This document shows, piece by piece, positions 1 through 10,767 of a DNA stretch of 64,000 nucleotides; within the stretch, counting starts at the first letter, position 1, and the number at the start of each line of letters is the position of its first letter. Below the pieces are notes generated by a model that saw only the letters and a program-made list of their open reading frames with translations, searched no databases and was not told the DNA's origin. Position numbers and translations under genes: made by a program. The stretch spans positions 52,183 to 116,182 of the forward strand of contig QPMI01000568.1 of assembly GCA_004431415.1 (NCBI GenBank), read 5' to 3'. Origin of the DNA: Cyanophora paradoxa CCMP329. Taxonomy: Eukaryota; Plantae; Glaucophyta.

Positions 1-31
1 GGATCGCCTACAATACGAACCAAAGCTCGGA

Positions 32-2722
32 ATGAAAGGGGGACAGATTAAAACTCTAATATTCAAAGCGAGTGGAATATTCTTTTCCGTATTTAATCCC
101 TCCGTTTCTGATCACATGGTTCAGTGTGAGTTTGAGACTGAGGCTTACTACAAAAAGGTCCAATCTATTCGTCAAGAATTCAAGGAAGCCCTGATTAACA
201 CCGACACAATTTCACAGTACGAGGAGGGCTTCCGAACAGCCCTTATTAATTACAATCGCTCTGCTCTGAATGGCTATTTCATTAAGCCGAAGCCAGGAAC
301 TAAATACACTGCAGTGGATATGTGCAAATGCTACCCAGCTGTTATTAGCAAGATCGAGAAGCTTCCAGTATTCAATATTTTCGATGGCATCCGCCCCTAT
401 GATGGTCACCCAATTGAGGAGGATACCTTCTATGTGATTGATGTGCAGCAGTTCGATACTGGAACCTACATGCAAGGAGTGGATACATACGAAGAGGATA
501 TTGATGATGAGCCAGTTGGATACAAATCCCGCATCTGCGATCCAGGAATTCAGATCCTGCTCGATCGTTACAAGGCTGCATCATACTCGAACTTGATCAC
601 AGGGTACACTCTGAAACGTCACTGGGAGGACATCAAGGATCTCGTGACTATTACAGGCTACAACCGCCCATCATTTTTCGTAAGCAACCCCTCAAAAAGG
701 CTGATCCAGAAAATAATGTCAAGCGACCTGAATCCTCGCGAGAAAAAGGCTACTCTCGTAGAAGTGATTGGTCTGCTAGGAAAGCGACTCGATAAGCGAT
801 CCAAGACCAGGTTGTTCTGCAAAAAGTCCGAGGCTGATATCTATGCCCAGCAGGTGGGCGGAATGGTGGAAGTATTCACCTTTTGTGCGAAAACTGATAC
901 TCTGGTCAAGAACCTTTCGGATTTCGATGGCCACATCTATTATGTGAGAACTGATTCTCAAAAGGATCTCATTAACGGGTTCCTTCCGATCCAGTTCGCA
1001 ATGTACGATCGAGTTCGCAGCGAAATGTATGACAAGTACAAGGAACTCAAAAGCAAGGGTTACGAGGTCGTGGGAATCCACACTGATTGCCTGTATATCA
1101 AAGGAAGGTATAGCTCAAAGCCCTTTGATCGTAACTCATTTGCCAACATTGGTCGCTTCTCCTATATTCCGAACAAGAAGCCCCCAATGAACCCCATTCG
1201 CATTCGGACCCTCCCGAAGCCTATTAAAATTGAGGATCCCCTTTTGAATATCAATTCCTTCTGCCTTCGAAACGAATTTGATTCGGACGCTTATACCAAG
1301 GTTTACAATGAGTTCAATCATGTCAATACCCTTGGAATGCTTCCAGGAGCCGGAAAGTCGACCGGATTGATGGTCTACCTGCTAAAAAATGACATCAACG
1401 GACTCATAGTTTGCCCCTACAACAAACAAGCGGCCGAGTTCCGATGCTCTCTGAAAGAAATGGGCATCAGATTGGGGAAGCCCGAAGCTGCAAGCCGCAT
1501 TGAGGTGGCCACCCTGTACAGTGTTCTGGGTCTGCGAGTCTCAAATGAGCAAACCTGTGAAGAGGCCCTATCGGCTTCACAGGTCAATGAGTTTATGGAA
1601 GGCTTTTCCCATGTAGTATTCGATGAGGTCTATGCCTATAAAGTAAAGGACCTTGCAAAGATCAAAAAATTCATAAACAAGTATTCGGATAAGAAATTCT
1701 ACTGCAATGGAGACCCCCACCAAAACGCTCCCATAAATGATGCTCTTGCTGTGGCTGACCCCAAACAATATTACAGCGATGCTATCTCAAGCATCTTCCC
1801 CAACACACTGCAGCTGATGATCAACAAGAGGCATCGCAAGCCTGAGGATCGAGAGAAGCTGAAAGCAATCAAGGTCGATCTCTTTGAGAACGGACTTGCT
1901 CCTACAGAAATAGTAAATAAATACGGATTCAGAACTGCAACTGATCTAAACGAAATTCCTGATTCCTACAGGGCTGTATGCTATAGAAACGAGATGGCTT
2001 ACCTGTACAACCGAACCATGCATAAACGTATATACCCCGAAACCGAGGGGATCCTTGTGAACGGAATCAATTTTTTCAAAGGAATCGAAATCGTTTGTCG
2101 TGAATATATCTGTGTGACCCGAGGTAAAAAAGATGAGAAAGTAGCGGCTTTCACTAATTACAGTTATACCATAGTCGATATCAATCGGAACCAGGTCACT
2201 TTGGAGGATGTGTTTGATGGGACCCAGTTCTCTCTCCCCACTGCTCTGTTGGAAAAGTTCAACCTACCCTATGCTGGAACATGCCACAGTGTTCAAGGAC
2301 TCACCTACGATTCGGGCATTGTCGTCTGTGAGGCCTCGTTCTGCCATGTTACTCCTGAGTGGTTCTGGACTGCTCTGACTCGCAACCGAGATTTGAGCGA
2401 GATTCTCATTTATACCAAGCTCCACAAGTTCGAGGCTAAATCCGAGATCTTCGAGCATCTGAAGGCCAAGGTTCGGGCATACAAGTGCCAGGATCAGAAA
2501 GCGGGCCGAGATTATAACGATGATGATTATATTACACCCGAGTGGATCATTGAGCAGCTCAAGGAGCAGAAGCGAATCTGCTCTCTGTGTACCGAACCCC
2601 TTTCCCTCCAGGCAAAGGATCTAAGGTACAGGCTTACTGTCGATAGGATTAATAATAAAGAGGCTCACATCAAGTCGAACTGCAAGCTGGCTCATCAAGG
2701 ATGCAACAGCAGCAAAAAATAG
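32..2722 (+). CDS. pPolB palm domain fused to superfamily 1 helicase and C-terminal HNH-like Zn-finger nuclease (probably 5'-truncated by the window)
   Basis: PolB-like motifs A (AVDMCKCYP), B (KATLVEVIGLLGK) and C (GIHTDCL). SF1 motifs GMLPGAGKST, VFDEVY, GDPHQNAP, TCHSVQGLT, WTALTR. C-terminal CSLC...TVDRINNKEAHIKSNC...CN. Confidence 0.8.
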   Translation: MKGGQIKTLIFKASGIFFSVFNPSVSDHMVQCEFETEAYYKKVQSIRQEFKEALINTDTISQYEEGFRTALINYNRSALNGYFIKPKPGTKYTAVDMCKCYPAVISKIEKLPVFNIFDGIRPYDGHPIEEDTFYVIDVQQFDTGTYMQGVDTYEEDIDDEPVGYKSRICDPGIQILLDRYKAASYSNLITGYTLKRHWEDIKDLVTITGYNRPSFFVSNPSKRLIQKIMSSDLNPREKKATLVEVIGLLGKRLDKRSKTRLFCKKSEADIYAQQVGGMVEVFTFCAKTDTLVKNLSDFDGHIYYVRTDSQKDLINGFLPIQFAMYDRVRSEMYDKYKELKSKGYEVVGIHTDCLYIKGRYSSKPFDRNSFANIGRFSYIPNKKPPMNPIRIRTLPKPIKIEDPLLNINSFCLRNEFDSDAYTKVYNEFNHVNTLGMLPGAGKSTGLMVYLLKNDINGLIVCPYNKQAAEFRCSLKEMGIRLGKPEAASRIEVATLYSVLGLRVSNEQTCEEALSASQVNEFMEGFSHVVFDEVYAYKVKDLAKIKKFINKYSDKKFYCNGDPHQNAPINDALAVADPKQYYSDAISSIFPNTLQLMINKRHRKPEDREKLKAIKVDLFENGLAPTEIVNKYGFRTATDLNEIPDSYRAVCYRNEMAYLYNRTMHKRIYPETEGILVNGINFFKGIEIVCREYICVTRGKKDEKVAAFTNYSYTIVDINRNQVTLEDVFDGTQFSLPTALLEKFNLPYAGTCHSVQGLTYDSGIVVCEASFCHVTPEWFWTALTRNRDLSEILIYTKLHKFEAKSEIFEHLKAKVRAYKCQDQKAGRDYNDDDYITPEWIIEQLKEQKRICSLCTEPLSLQAKDLRYRLTVDRINNKEAHIKSNCKLAHQGCNSSKK

Positions 2723-2725
2723 AAT

Positions 2726-4108
2726 TTGTATAGTTATAGGATGGCATCGAAAATAGTGAGGCGAGGGGCTGGGGATGAGACCGAAACGACCCTGCTCCCC
2801 ATTCCGATCCCAGATACAGAGAGAGTAGAAGGCAGAATTAGTAAAAGAGAAGCAAAGGTAAATGTAGTAGGGGATGTCCCTTTTAAAACCGTGAGTCCGG
2901 CTTCGAATAAAATAGTTAGGCGAATGTACGATCCTAAAACAGGTTACAAGCATCCCCATACGATCTATCAGGAGCTGAAGAAAGAGGATCCGAGTGTTAC
3001 TTATAACGAGGTCAAAGAGGTGGCAGAAAAGCAAGAGTTTATGCAGATTAACAAGAAGCCACCCCCTGCATCGCAGTCCACATTCATTCCAATCACAGCT
3101 CCACCCTGGACCTACCAGGCCGATCTGATATTCTATTTATCTTACGGAAAGTACAATGCGGGGTACATTGCGGTACTCACTCTTATTGAGATCACGAGCA
3201 GGAGGGCTTACGCTAAGAAATTAAAGAATAAAGAGGGAGTCAGTGTTGCGACTGCATTTAGAGAGGTATTGGGTGAGCTTCCCGCTCCAATGAGGGTGTT
3301 AGAGACTGATTTGGGTTCCGAGTTTAAAGCGAAAGAGTTCCAGGCAGTGATCCAGGAGTTTGGAATCGAGCATAGGTTTAAACAGGCTGGGGATCACACG
3401 AGTTTAGGCATCATGAATCGATTCCATTTCACCCTCAAAACGATGATCAATAACTACTGCATCGCTTTCAACACAGTCAAGTTTATGGATAAGCTAGAGG
3501 ACTTTGTTCTGAATTATAATTCCAGTGTTAATAGGACTATAGGTATGCGACCAATAGATGTTAGGTTAGAGGATATGGCTCGCATTCGCAGTTTCATTTT
3601 ATCGAAAAAGAAAGCAATTGTTGATGATATCTTCGAGAAATTCAAGCCCGGCCTGTTCGTTCGAGTCTTGCTGCCTAGGTCTAAGTTTGACAAGGGGGCC
3701 ACTCAGAGATACAGTCGAGAGGTCTACAAGATTGCAGGAAGGGCCGGGAATGGAATCCAGGTCGTAGATGCCCAGGGTGTACCTTTGAATCGAATCTTCA
3801 AGCCTCATGAGCTGCAGATCATATCGGAAGTTGAAGCAATCGTTGAGCCTTCCGCAAGTACAGTGGATACAGTGAGGCAGGAGGCCGCAGCAATTAGACA
3901 GATCCACAGAGAGGGCATAGATCCGGCCGAATCAGTCCCAAAGGGCAGCTTGATCGAGGATAGGGTCCAGAGAACAAAGAGGGTTTCAAGGGAGCTAGCG
4001 AATCTAAGAGTAGCCGGAACCGAGAAATTAGCCGGTGGGGCAGAGGCTGTAGCATCCTATGATAAGGCTCCAGCTATAAGGGCTAGTACTAGGATCCGAA
4101 CCAGGTAA
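2726..4108 (+). CDS. Retroviral-type (rve) integrase; likely start at 2741
   Basis: YQADL (D), LETDLGSEF (D), GIMNRFHFTLK (third acidic residue replaced by N), YNSSVNRTIGMRP. Clearly homologous to the integrases of elements B and C. Confidence 0.88.
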   Translation: MYSYRMASKIVRRGAGDETETTLLPIPIPDTERVEGRISKREAKVNVVGDVPFKTVSPASNKIVRRMYDPKTGYKHPHTIYQELKKEDPSVTYNEVKEVAEKQEFMQINKKPPPASQSTFIPITAPPWTYQADLIFYLSYGKYNAGYIAVLTLIEITSRRAYAKKLKNKEGVSVATAFREVLGELPAPMRVLETDLGSEFKAKEFQAVIQEFGIEHRFKQAGDHTSLGIMNRFHFTLKTMINNYCIAFNTVKFMDKLEDFVLNYNSSVNRTIGMRPIDVRLEDMARIRSFILSKKKAIVDDIFEKFKPGLFVRVLLPRSKFDKGATQRYSREVYKIAGRAGNGIQVVDAQGVPLNRIFKPHELQIISEVEAIVEPSASTVDTVRQEAAAIRQIHREGIDPAESVPKGSLIEDRVQRTKRVSRELANLRVAGTEKLAGGAEAVASYDKAPAIRASTRIRTR

Positions 4109-4134
4109 AATTTTATATATTCGTATAGTAGGAA

Positions 4135-4218
4135 ATGGAGAAAATCTATATTGAGGTCCCTTTTGAACAAAAAGATGAAGCTAAAGCCCTTGGGGCTAAA
4201 TGGGATGGTATGTCTTGA
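4135..4218 (+). pseudogene. Truncated DUF5710-like ORF (27 aa)
   Basis: Manual translation MEKIYIEVPFEQKDEAKALGAKWDGMS*. This matches the DUF5710-type pattern (VPxxxKDEAKALGAxWD) but stops before the WY motif. Confidence 0.6.
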
Positions 4219-4409
4219 AACCTTCGAAAGATTACACCCGGTTGTATCGGTAAACACCTTATCGGTTATTGCTTTTATGCGCTCTTCTTCCGATAAATCT
4301 GGATTAACGTAAAATCCCAAATGATTCGCGAAATACTCTTTGGTAATCGCCATGGTTACAGTGTGTAAACTTCTAAAAAAGGGGCGTCATTTTTTACCCG
4401 CGTTACATT

Positions 4410-4871
4410 TTACAAATAATCAGGTCTTCTAAGTTCTTCTACCTCCATAAGTGAGAACATCTTAAAGATCTTACATATCTCACTTTCAGGATTATTAACA
4501 TACCATAAACGATACTGAGGATCGTATATGGCGCCTTGTTTTTTTATGTATTTACGTAATGATGCCTGGGTAAATATACGTTTTGCCTCAATCTCCGGAA
4601 GTCTTGCTTTAATATCGGCAACGAAATAACGGGGACAATACTTTATAAAATACTCTTGGTCGATTTTGACAGGATGTTTAACAGGAAATTGCTTTAAAAG
4701 TTCGTTTTTTTCGTTTTCGACATACCATAACTGTAAAGCGGTATCCCATTTAGCCCCATTGTTTTCGAGAAGATCTTTATGTAATTCTGGATTCTCAATA
4801 TCCAACATGAAAGCACCATAGTAATTCATCGGTTCTTTCGTGGTGTTGCCGTAGTATACGAATGGATCCAT
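4410..4871 (-). CDS. Protein with two DUF5710-like (GAxW/YD...WYV) repeats
   Basis: NNGAKWDTALQLWYV and KQGAIYDPQYRLWYV. Start placed at MDPF (4871), 35 nt downstream of an AAAAAATGAC motif. Confidence 0.65.
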   Translation of the reverse strand: MDPFVYYGNTTKEPMNYYGAFMLDIENPELHKDLLENNGAKWDTALQLWYVENEKNELLKQFPVKHPVKIDQEYFIKYCPRYFVADIKARLPEIEAKRIFTQASLRKYIKKQGAIYDPQYRLWYVNNPESEICKIFKMFSLMEVEELRRPDYL

Positions 4872-4934
4872 TTGTATTATATGTTTAACTTCTAAAAAAA
4901 AGATTGTCATTTTTTGTCCCGTTGAACATTTCAT

Positions 4935-5639
4935 TTAAATACCATGTTTTGAGAGAATACGGAATTTTGCACGATTGTAAAATTTCATTCTCTCTAACCA
5001 ATCATCAGACTCTGGATCAAATGTTTTAAGCCAATTTTCAAAGTCTCTTGGCGATGAATGATTTAAACAATCACATGTTTTAGCTGAGATAATGTTTACC
5101 TTCGCACATTTCTTATCACTACACATACAGTTACACATGTGAAATTCGGTCTCATTGTTTTCAATGCATTCCATCACATACTTAATCGTTCTTAAAGTGT
5201 GTGGATATTTCGGTTGTTCTCCGAGTTCTAATGGTTTCCGGTCTAATAAAGGAATGTAATTTAGAAGTTGTGGTTTAAAGTCTGTGATAAGATCGCATGC
5301 GTCTACACTTGAACATCCATTTACAGAAAACCAAATTTTGCATATAACCTTTTCCAATTTAGGCGTTTTAGAATTTCCATGTGATGCTTTCCAATTCACA
5401 TATGTGTAATCTTGCTTACAGATTGGGCAACTTATCCATGTTTTAGATAGACTCAGATTAAGTGCAAATAAATTATCCGACTCACAGAATGGTTTTCCTT
5501 TACACGCTGGAAAAACAGAGATTTGTTTAACACTTGCTTTATACCAATCATCGAAACACTTTTTACAGAAGTTATGACCGCATTCTAATTGAGTCATACG
5601 ATGACTTTTCATTTTATTAAAGCAAATAGGGCAATCCAT
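4935..5639 (-). CDS. RING-finger (C3HC4-type) protein, putative E3 ligase
   Basis: CPIC...CGHNFCKKC...CPIC. Confidence 0.75.
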   Translation of the reverse strand: MDCPICFNKMKSHRMTQLECGHNFCKKCFDDWYKASVKQISVFPACKGKPFCESDNLFALNLSLSKTWISCPICKQDYTYVNWKASHGNSKTPKLEKVICKIWFSVNGCSSVDACDLITDFKPQLLNYIPLLDRKPLELGEQPKYPHTLRTIKYVMECIENNETEFHMCNCMCSDKKCAKVNIISAKTCDCLNHSSPRDFENWLKTFDPESDDWLERMKFYNRAKFRILSKHGI

Positions 5640-5690
5640 CGTTACTATATTTGATTGTTAAATTCTTGTCATTTTTTACGATAGACATTC

Positions 5691-5841
5691 TACTGTATGA
5701 TTCTATTGTATCTCGTGGAAATAAAGGATTCCTTTGTTTTTCAACAATGGATACTGTTCGATATCCCCAAGGTAGATCTATCATTAAAAAAGGATATAGT
5801 ATATCCTTTTTTCCGTATAGATACAATAGAATCTTACAGTA
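5691..5841. repeat. Nested inverted repeats near the end of element A
   Basis: 23-bp arms at 5691-5713 and 5819-5841 (1 mismatch) enclose a perfect 13-bp-arm palindrome AAAAAAGGATATA-G-TATATCCTTTTTT at 5786-5812. Confidence 0.85.
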
Positions 5842-6448
5842 AAACCACAGGGAGGGGGTCATGGGTAAAGAGAGAAAATGTGATTTATCAATAAAGTCGA
5901 TAGATATATATGAGAGGCATAGGTAGGGGGTCATGGTTTTTTGGGGAAAGTGAGCAAATTACGATTCCTATCGGGCATTGGTAAGGAATCGATCGTAAAT
6001 TGCTTTGATTATCGATGAGGTCTATTAATGCGATGCGGGGTTTTAACTGTGAGGTTCACTACAAACCGACCGACGAGGCATTCGGAATCGCAAGAGAATA
6101 AATCGATACATGCAAATAAATAAGAAACGAAACTACACTATAGCTAGCCCCTTCAATGTCTGCGAGGGGACTGCCCACAATGGCAATTAAGAAAAGCTGT
6201 ACAAAGTTCAAGCTAACCTCAGGTCCATAAGCGCTGGCGGAGCCGGGCGCAATTCCGAACGCTGCAAATCAAAGCTGTACATGTATAACTACTTCTTACA
6301 ACACCAATTGCAACGGCCGCAAGTTGAGCGCGCGCGATCGGTATTGAAAGTAAAATGTGACATGCACCTTCCAAGCTGACAGTTTCAAGCTTCATCGCTA
6401 TCGATATTGATGCTCAAAGAAATTATACAATCCAGAGCCTGCAGCTGG

Positions 6449-9400
6449 TCACTGCACGCCGACGGAGGCGGCGGCCTTCTGGATGAGGAGGACGCGAATC
6501 GAGTCGACGGTCTCAATAATTTCCGAAGGAATCATCAGCAGCTGCGCGCACGCGAATTTCGGGCGTCAGCAGGGCCCCGCGCGCTCTAGATCTCTTCCTC
6601 GGGCTCGAACGGAAGCGCACGAGGAACATGGTGCGGCGCGCGTCGTCCTTGACGGACGTGATTGTCGTCCGGAACGCCAGGCTGCACGCGTACCAGGGGC
6701 GAAATCACTACAAGGGAAGCGAGCTGTGATTAAGGAAGATTAAGGAAGACGGACATGTACGCGGCGGCGACGACGCCGATGACGAGGCCCAGCATCGACT
6801 GCTGGATCCTCAGGTACTCCCCCAGCGTCTGCCGGGTGCGGCCCGTGTGAGCGCCGGCTGCAAGGCACGCTTCGAGGTGTGCTTCAAGGCACGCGCACCT
6901 GGTAGGCCTCCTTCTCGAGGAGGGAGTTGGCGGCCGCCAGCTGCGCCTCCAGCGTTGTTTCCGCGGCCGCGCGCAGCTCCTGCCGGCGCCGATGCGAGTC
7001 GAATCAGCGTCGCGTGTGATCGGAGCACGAGCACGCGCGCGGCCGTCGCAATCGAGTTAAAATTCGCAGCGCTCAACGCTTACGCACGTGGAAGTGCGGG
7101 TTGTCCGGTGTGAGAAGGTGGCGCGGGGACCGCATGACCATGAGCGCATTCTGTGCACGCAGTCGTGAGCTCGACCTCGCAATTATTTCGCATTTGCAAT
7201 ATTAATTGCTGCAGACATCTAGATGGATATGGCGCCTTGGGATGTGTTTTGAGCAGAGTACTAGTGCGGAGGGCGAGGTCGCGAGCGGATCTGGACCTCG
7301 ATGTAGTAGTTGAGGTAGCGGCTGAGGCCGTTGCCGTTCTTGACGGCCGAGCAGGCGACGCGGTCGTCCAGGCACGAGGTCCCGAAGAGGAGCGTGTCCA
7401 TCGCCCGCGTCCGCCCCGCGATCCCCGGCAGGCCCTCCGTCTTGTTCGCTGCCGCGACGCCCCGCGTCACCCGAAGCGTCCGAAGCTAACGCCATCGATG
7501 CATGCGCAATAGGCGCTCACAATGTTCGAGGGACCGGTGCGCCACTGCAAGTCGGTGAATGGCGCCTTCCAACGCGTTGCGGTCTTCGATGTAGTCCTTT
7601 TCTGCGACATCAACATTGTGATAAGCACCCGTGCACGCCAAATCAGCGCCTTCTCGACGAAAAAAAGCACGAGCCAGTTGCATGACCCGCGCCGAATGTG
7701 CCCGCTCGTCCGACCAAGAGCTCTTGAGCATAGTAGAAGACCTGATCGCAACCGCGACGGAACCCGTCATCATCGCAATCGACGCAGTCCAACTGCAAGC
7801 GTGCGGGTGCGATGCCTCGGGCTTCGCACCATGCGAGTGAGGCTCTTGCGCAGGCCGCCGTAGTTGCGCTCCGCCGTGAAGTACTCGCAGCTCTGGCTCG
7901 CCACGTACGCGTAAACGAACCTGACCGAGCGTTACGCGTGCGGTCAACGTCGTTGCTAGCGCTGTACACGCGTCGAAGAAAGCCGGAGACGCGGCTCACC
8001 AGACGAAGAAGACGAAGAAGAGGGCGAGGAAGGCGGCGACGTAGCGGATGGTGATGGCCGAGAAGCGCCTCTTCCCCTTCACGAAGATGCGGTGCAGCTT
8101 GCGCATCTGCACGGCGGCGACGTAAATAAGGGGCCACAAAAAGCAGATCAGATAAATAAGCGGCGACCTTGATGACCTCCTCGCGGGACTTGCCGGCCTC
8201 GGCGGCCCTCGCGAGCTCGGCCTCGAGGCGGGCGTCCTCGCCGGCGGCGGCGGCGGAGGCGGCGGCGCCCTTGGCGGCGAGCTTGCCCTTGCCGGCGCCG
8301 TGCTCGACGTTGAAGAGCGAGTCGTCGTCGTCGAACTCGTCATCCTCCTCGTCGTCCGTCATCGGGCCTGGGCGTGCGCGCGCGCGCGCGCGCGACCGTC
8401 AGAGTATGTCAGGCCGGACCTATCTGCATCCGAGGATGTGTTTGTGACGGCTAGCTATATAGAGCTTCGCCGCGCTGAACATGGATTCAAAAGAATAGTA
8501 GGGGGCGGACCTTTGCCGAAGCGCATGATTTTGTGCTGCGGCCACAGAAAGGCATGATGTCGACACAAGTTCAGAAGTGCGGCGAGTGAGTACAAAAGCC
8601 GCCGCACCAGCGTCTGCTTGGGGATATCGAAGAACAGGCGAAGCATGTCCTCCTTTTCCTTGTGCACTGCGCCCCGGCCCCGCGTTCATCAACACGAAGA
8701 CATCGACACGACACATCAATGTCCGACGTAAACACACCGGCATTGATAGTCGGCCTGCGCAGGATGCACAATTTCGCAAGCTTAAGCTTAAGTTTGCGGT
8801 AACAGTCGGTATCGATACGAATCAAGAAGAAGCCCACCTGAAGAAGAATATAGCCAGAACAAAGCATAAAATCGCGGCGGCGGCAAACATCGCGATAAGG
8901 AATGCTCTGAGAAAAAGATGATGATCATGATGTTAGTTGGCCCCCATCAACATGTACAGGCCTATAGCTATCGCTAGCTATAGGAGGATCGGAAATCAAA
9001 ATAGATCACCGGATGGCAGTGAAAGACTTGGAAGCTTGGTCGCTCTCTGCGTCCGCGTCCTGAACTAGAGCTTCGTAAATCTCGTCGACGTCCTTGGACC
9101 TGAACCAGATACGTATACGCCGGTCAGCCGATCGGACGGCCATAGAAGCGAGCGGCTGTCGGGCCGGGGAGCGGGGCGTCGTGACGGCGCACAGGACGAA
9201 GAAGTCGTCGTTGGTCTCGGGGTCGGGGAACTCCTCCCGGAAGGCCGCGGGGGAGGGCCAGTGGAGGATGCCACGCCCCGCGTCGATCGTCTCGAACACT
9301 GCGCTCACGGTCATGATCAGACGTCGACGCGAGTTCGATCTCGGAGGCGGCGCTCCGTCGACGTTCCGAAGTTCGGCAGGCAGCGGCACGCGCAGCGCGC

Positions 9401-9861
9401 ACCGGCGTCCCAGAGGGTGTGCTGGTTGGGGATGTGGACGGCGCTGTGGGCGGGCACCTTCTCCCGCTGCAGGCGGAACAGGGTGACCGGGCCCGACGAA
9501 CGCGCCTCTTGTAGCTGCAAGTGATTTGTCTGCGCAGGAGTGAGTTCAGCGATTGCTCAGCGACGAGCGCGCGGGACCGGCGCGGGGCCACCTCGAGAGT
9601 GTTGATGTACGAGACGAGGTTCTTGCGGGCGTGCGCCTCGAGGGTGCCGTCCGTGTCCCACTCGGGGAGCCCGGCGAGGGCGAACATGCGCCCGTACACG
9701 GCGAGCGAGACGGAGAGGAAGCGCCGCGAGCCCGAGAGGCCCACGCGCGACACCCCCGTCTGCAATCGCAACATGGTTAATTCCATGTGAAATCGAAAAC
9801 ATTGAACAAATCAAATAGATCAGTGACAGAGGCACACCTGATAGGCTAAGAGCAGATTGTC
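6449..9861 (-). CDS. 3' exons of a multi-exon host gene, TmcB/TmcC-like PAS-domain multi-pass membrane protein (exon structure approximate)
   Basis: GC-rich exons separated by short GT..AG introns. Pieces include DNLLLAYQ/TGVSRVGLSGSRRFLSVSLAVYGR, the TM segments FLIAMFAAAAILCFVLAIFFF and YVAAFLALFFVFFVW, KEKEDMLRLFFDIPKQ, an acidic linker, and a C-terminus ending ...SIRVLLIQKAAASVGVQ*. Confidence 0.6.
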
Positions 9862-9928
9862 CTGAAGGAACGCATTCAAATCATGATCATCAGTTTTGGT
9901 CGAGTTCGAGCACAATTCGGCTTTACAT

Positions 9929-9934
9929 GACATT
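9929..9934 (+). repeat. 6-bp target-site duplication GACATT (left copy; right copy 38685-38690)
   Basis: GACATT directly precedes ACACAT at 9935 and directly follows ATGTGT at 38684. Confidence 0.95.
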
Positions 9935-10041
9935 ACACATAAATAAAAACAAATTTTAATCCCTCGCTCTATCGCTCAATTCGCGCTTCGCGCTCATTTC
10001 GCTCTGTCGCTCAGGATTAAAATTTGTTTTTATTTATGTGT
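9935..10041. repeat. Terminal hairpin: perfect 28-bp arms around a 51-nt loop (mirror copy 38578-38684)
   Basis: ACACATAAATAAAAACAAATTTTAATCC (9935-9962) and its exact reverse complement (10014-10041). Confidence 0.95.
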
Positions 10042-10406
10042 AAATTAATCGAAAATATTTAAAAAATAAATCAAAAATTTTAATAAAATCAATTAAATTT
10101 AAATAAATTCGATTAAATTAATTGGTATAATATCAATTAAATTATGATTTTATAAAAATTATATAAATTTTTGATAAATTACGTATTTCTCGATTGATTT
10201 ATTGATATAAACGCGATTAATTTGTATTAAAATGAAAAATACGTATTTTTCGATTGATATAAACGCGATTAATATGTATTTTATGCAAATTCGATATAAT
10301 CTCGATTGAAGGAACATAAATTTATGATATAATCACGATTGATATAATCACGATTGAAGTAGTCCACCGCCCATTCTATCGGAAAACGCAAAAATTCACA
10401 CAGAGT

Positions 10407-10767
10407 TGCATTATGTCCAATTAAACAATCGATGAGATTGCGGCGTATTTTGTTGGATTAGATGGCTACTGCATTATGTCCAATTAAACAATCGATGAGA
10501 TATCGGTTGAAAATAATTCACTCGTTACTGCATTATGTCCAATTAAACAATCGTTGAGATTGCGGCGTATTTTGTTGGAAGGGATGGTTACTGCATTATG
10601 TCCAATTAAACAATCGATGAGATTGCGGTTCGATTTTTACTGTATCAAAAATGACCCCAGAGTTGCATTATGTCCAATTAAACAATCGATGAGATTGCGG
10701 TTCGATTTTTACTGTATCAAAAATGACCCCAGAGTTGCATTATGTCCAATTAAACAATCGATGAGAT
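10407..10767 (+). repeat. Six 32-bp direct repeats with 27-40-bp spacers in the TIR (mirror 37852-38212)
   Basis: TGCATTATGTCCAATTAAACAATCGATGAGAT at 10407, 10470, 10529 (1 mismatch), 10592, 10664 and 10736. Confidence 0.9.

Larger units (their letters stand above)
1..6050. mobile_element. Element A: right part of an endogenous Polinton-like/transpoviron-like DNA element (left part outside window; right boundary approximate)
   Basis: Intronless, gene-dense, lower-GC block with polymerase-helicase and rve integrase genes. Composition shifts to GC-rich host DNA at about 6.05-6.4 kb. TIR and TSD cannot be verified because the other end is missing. Confidence 0.75.

Noticed and set aside
6400-9850. 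Many overlapping Arg/Ala/Pro-rich ORFs here and in 38789-42103
   Set aside because: Shadow frames of GC-rich host exons and introns. Only the minus-strand spliced gene is supported.
10407-10767. True CRISPR array
   Set aside because: Spacers are duplicates or variants of one another, there are no cas genes, and the array is part of a eukaryotic viral TIR. Kept as a repeat finding only.
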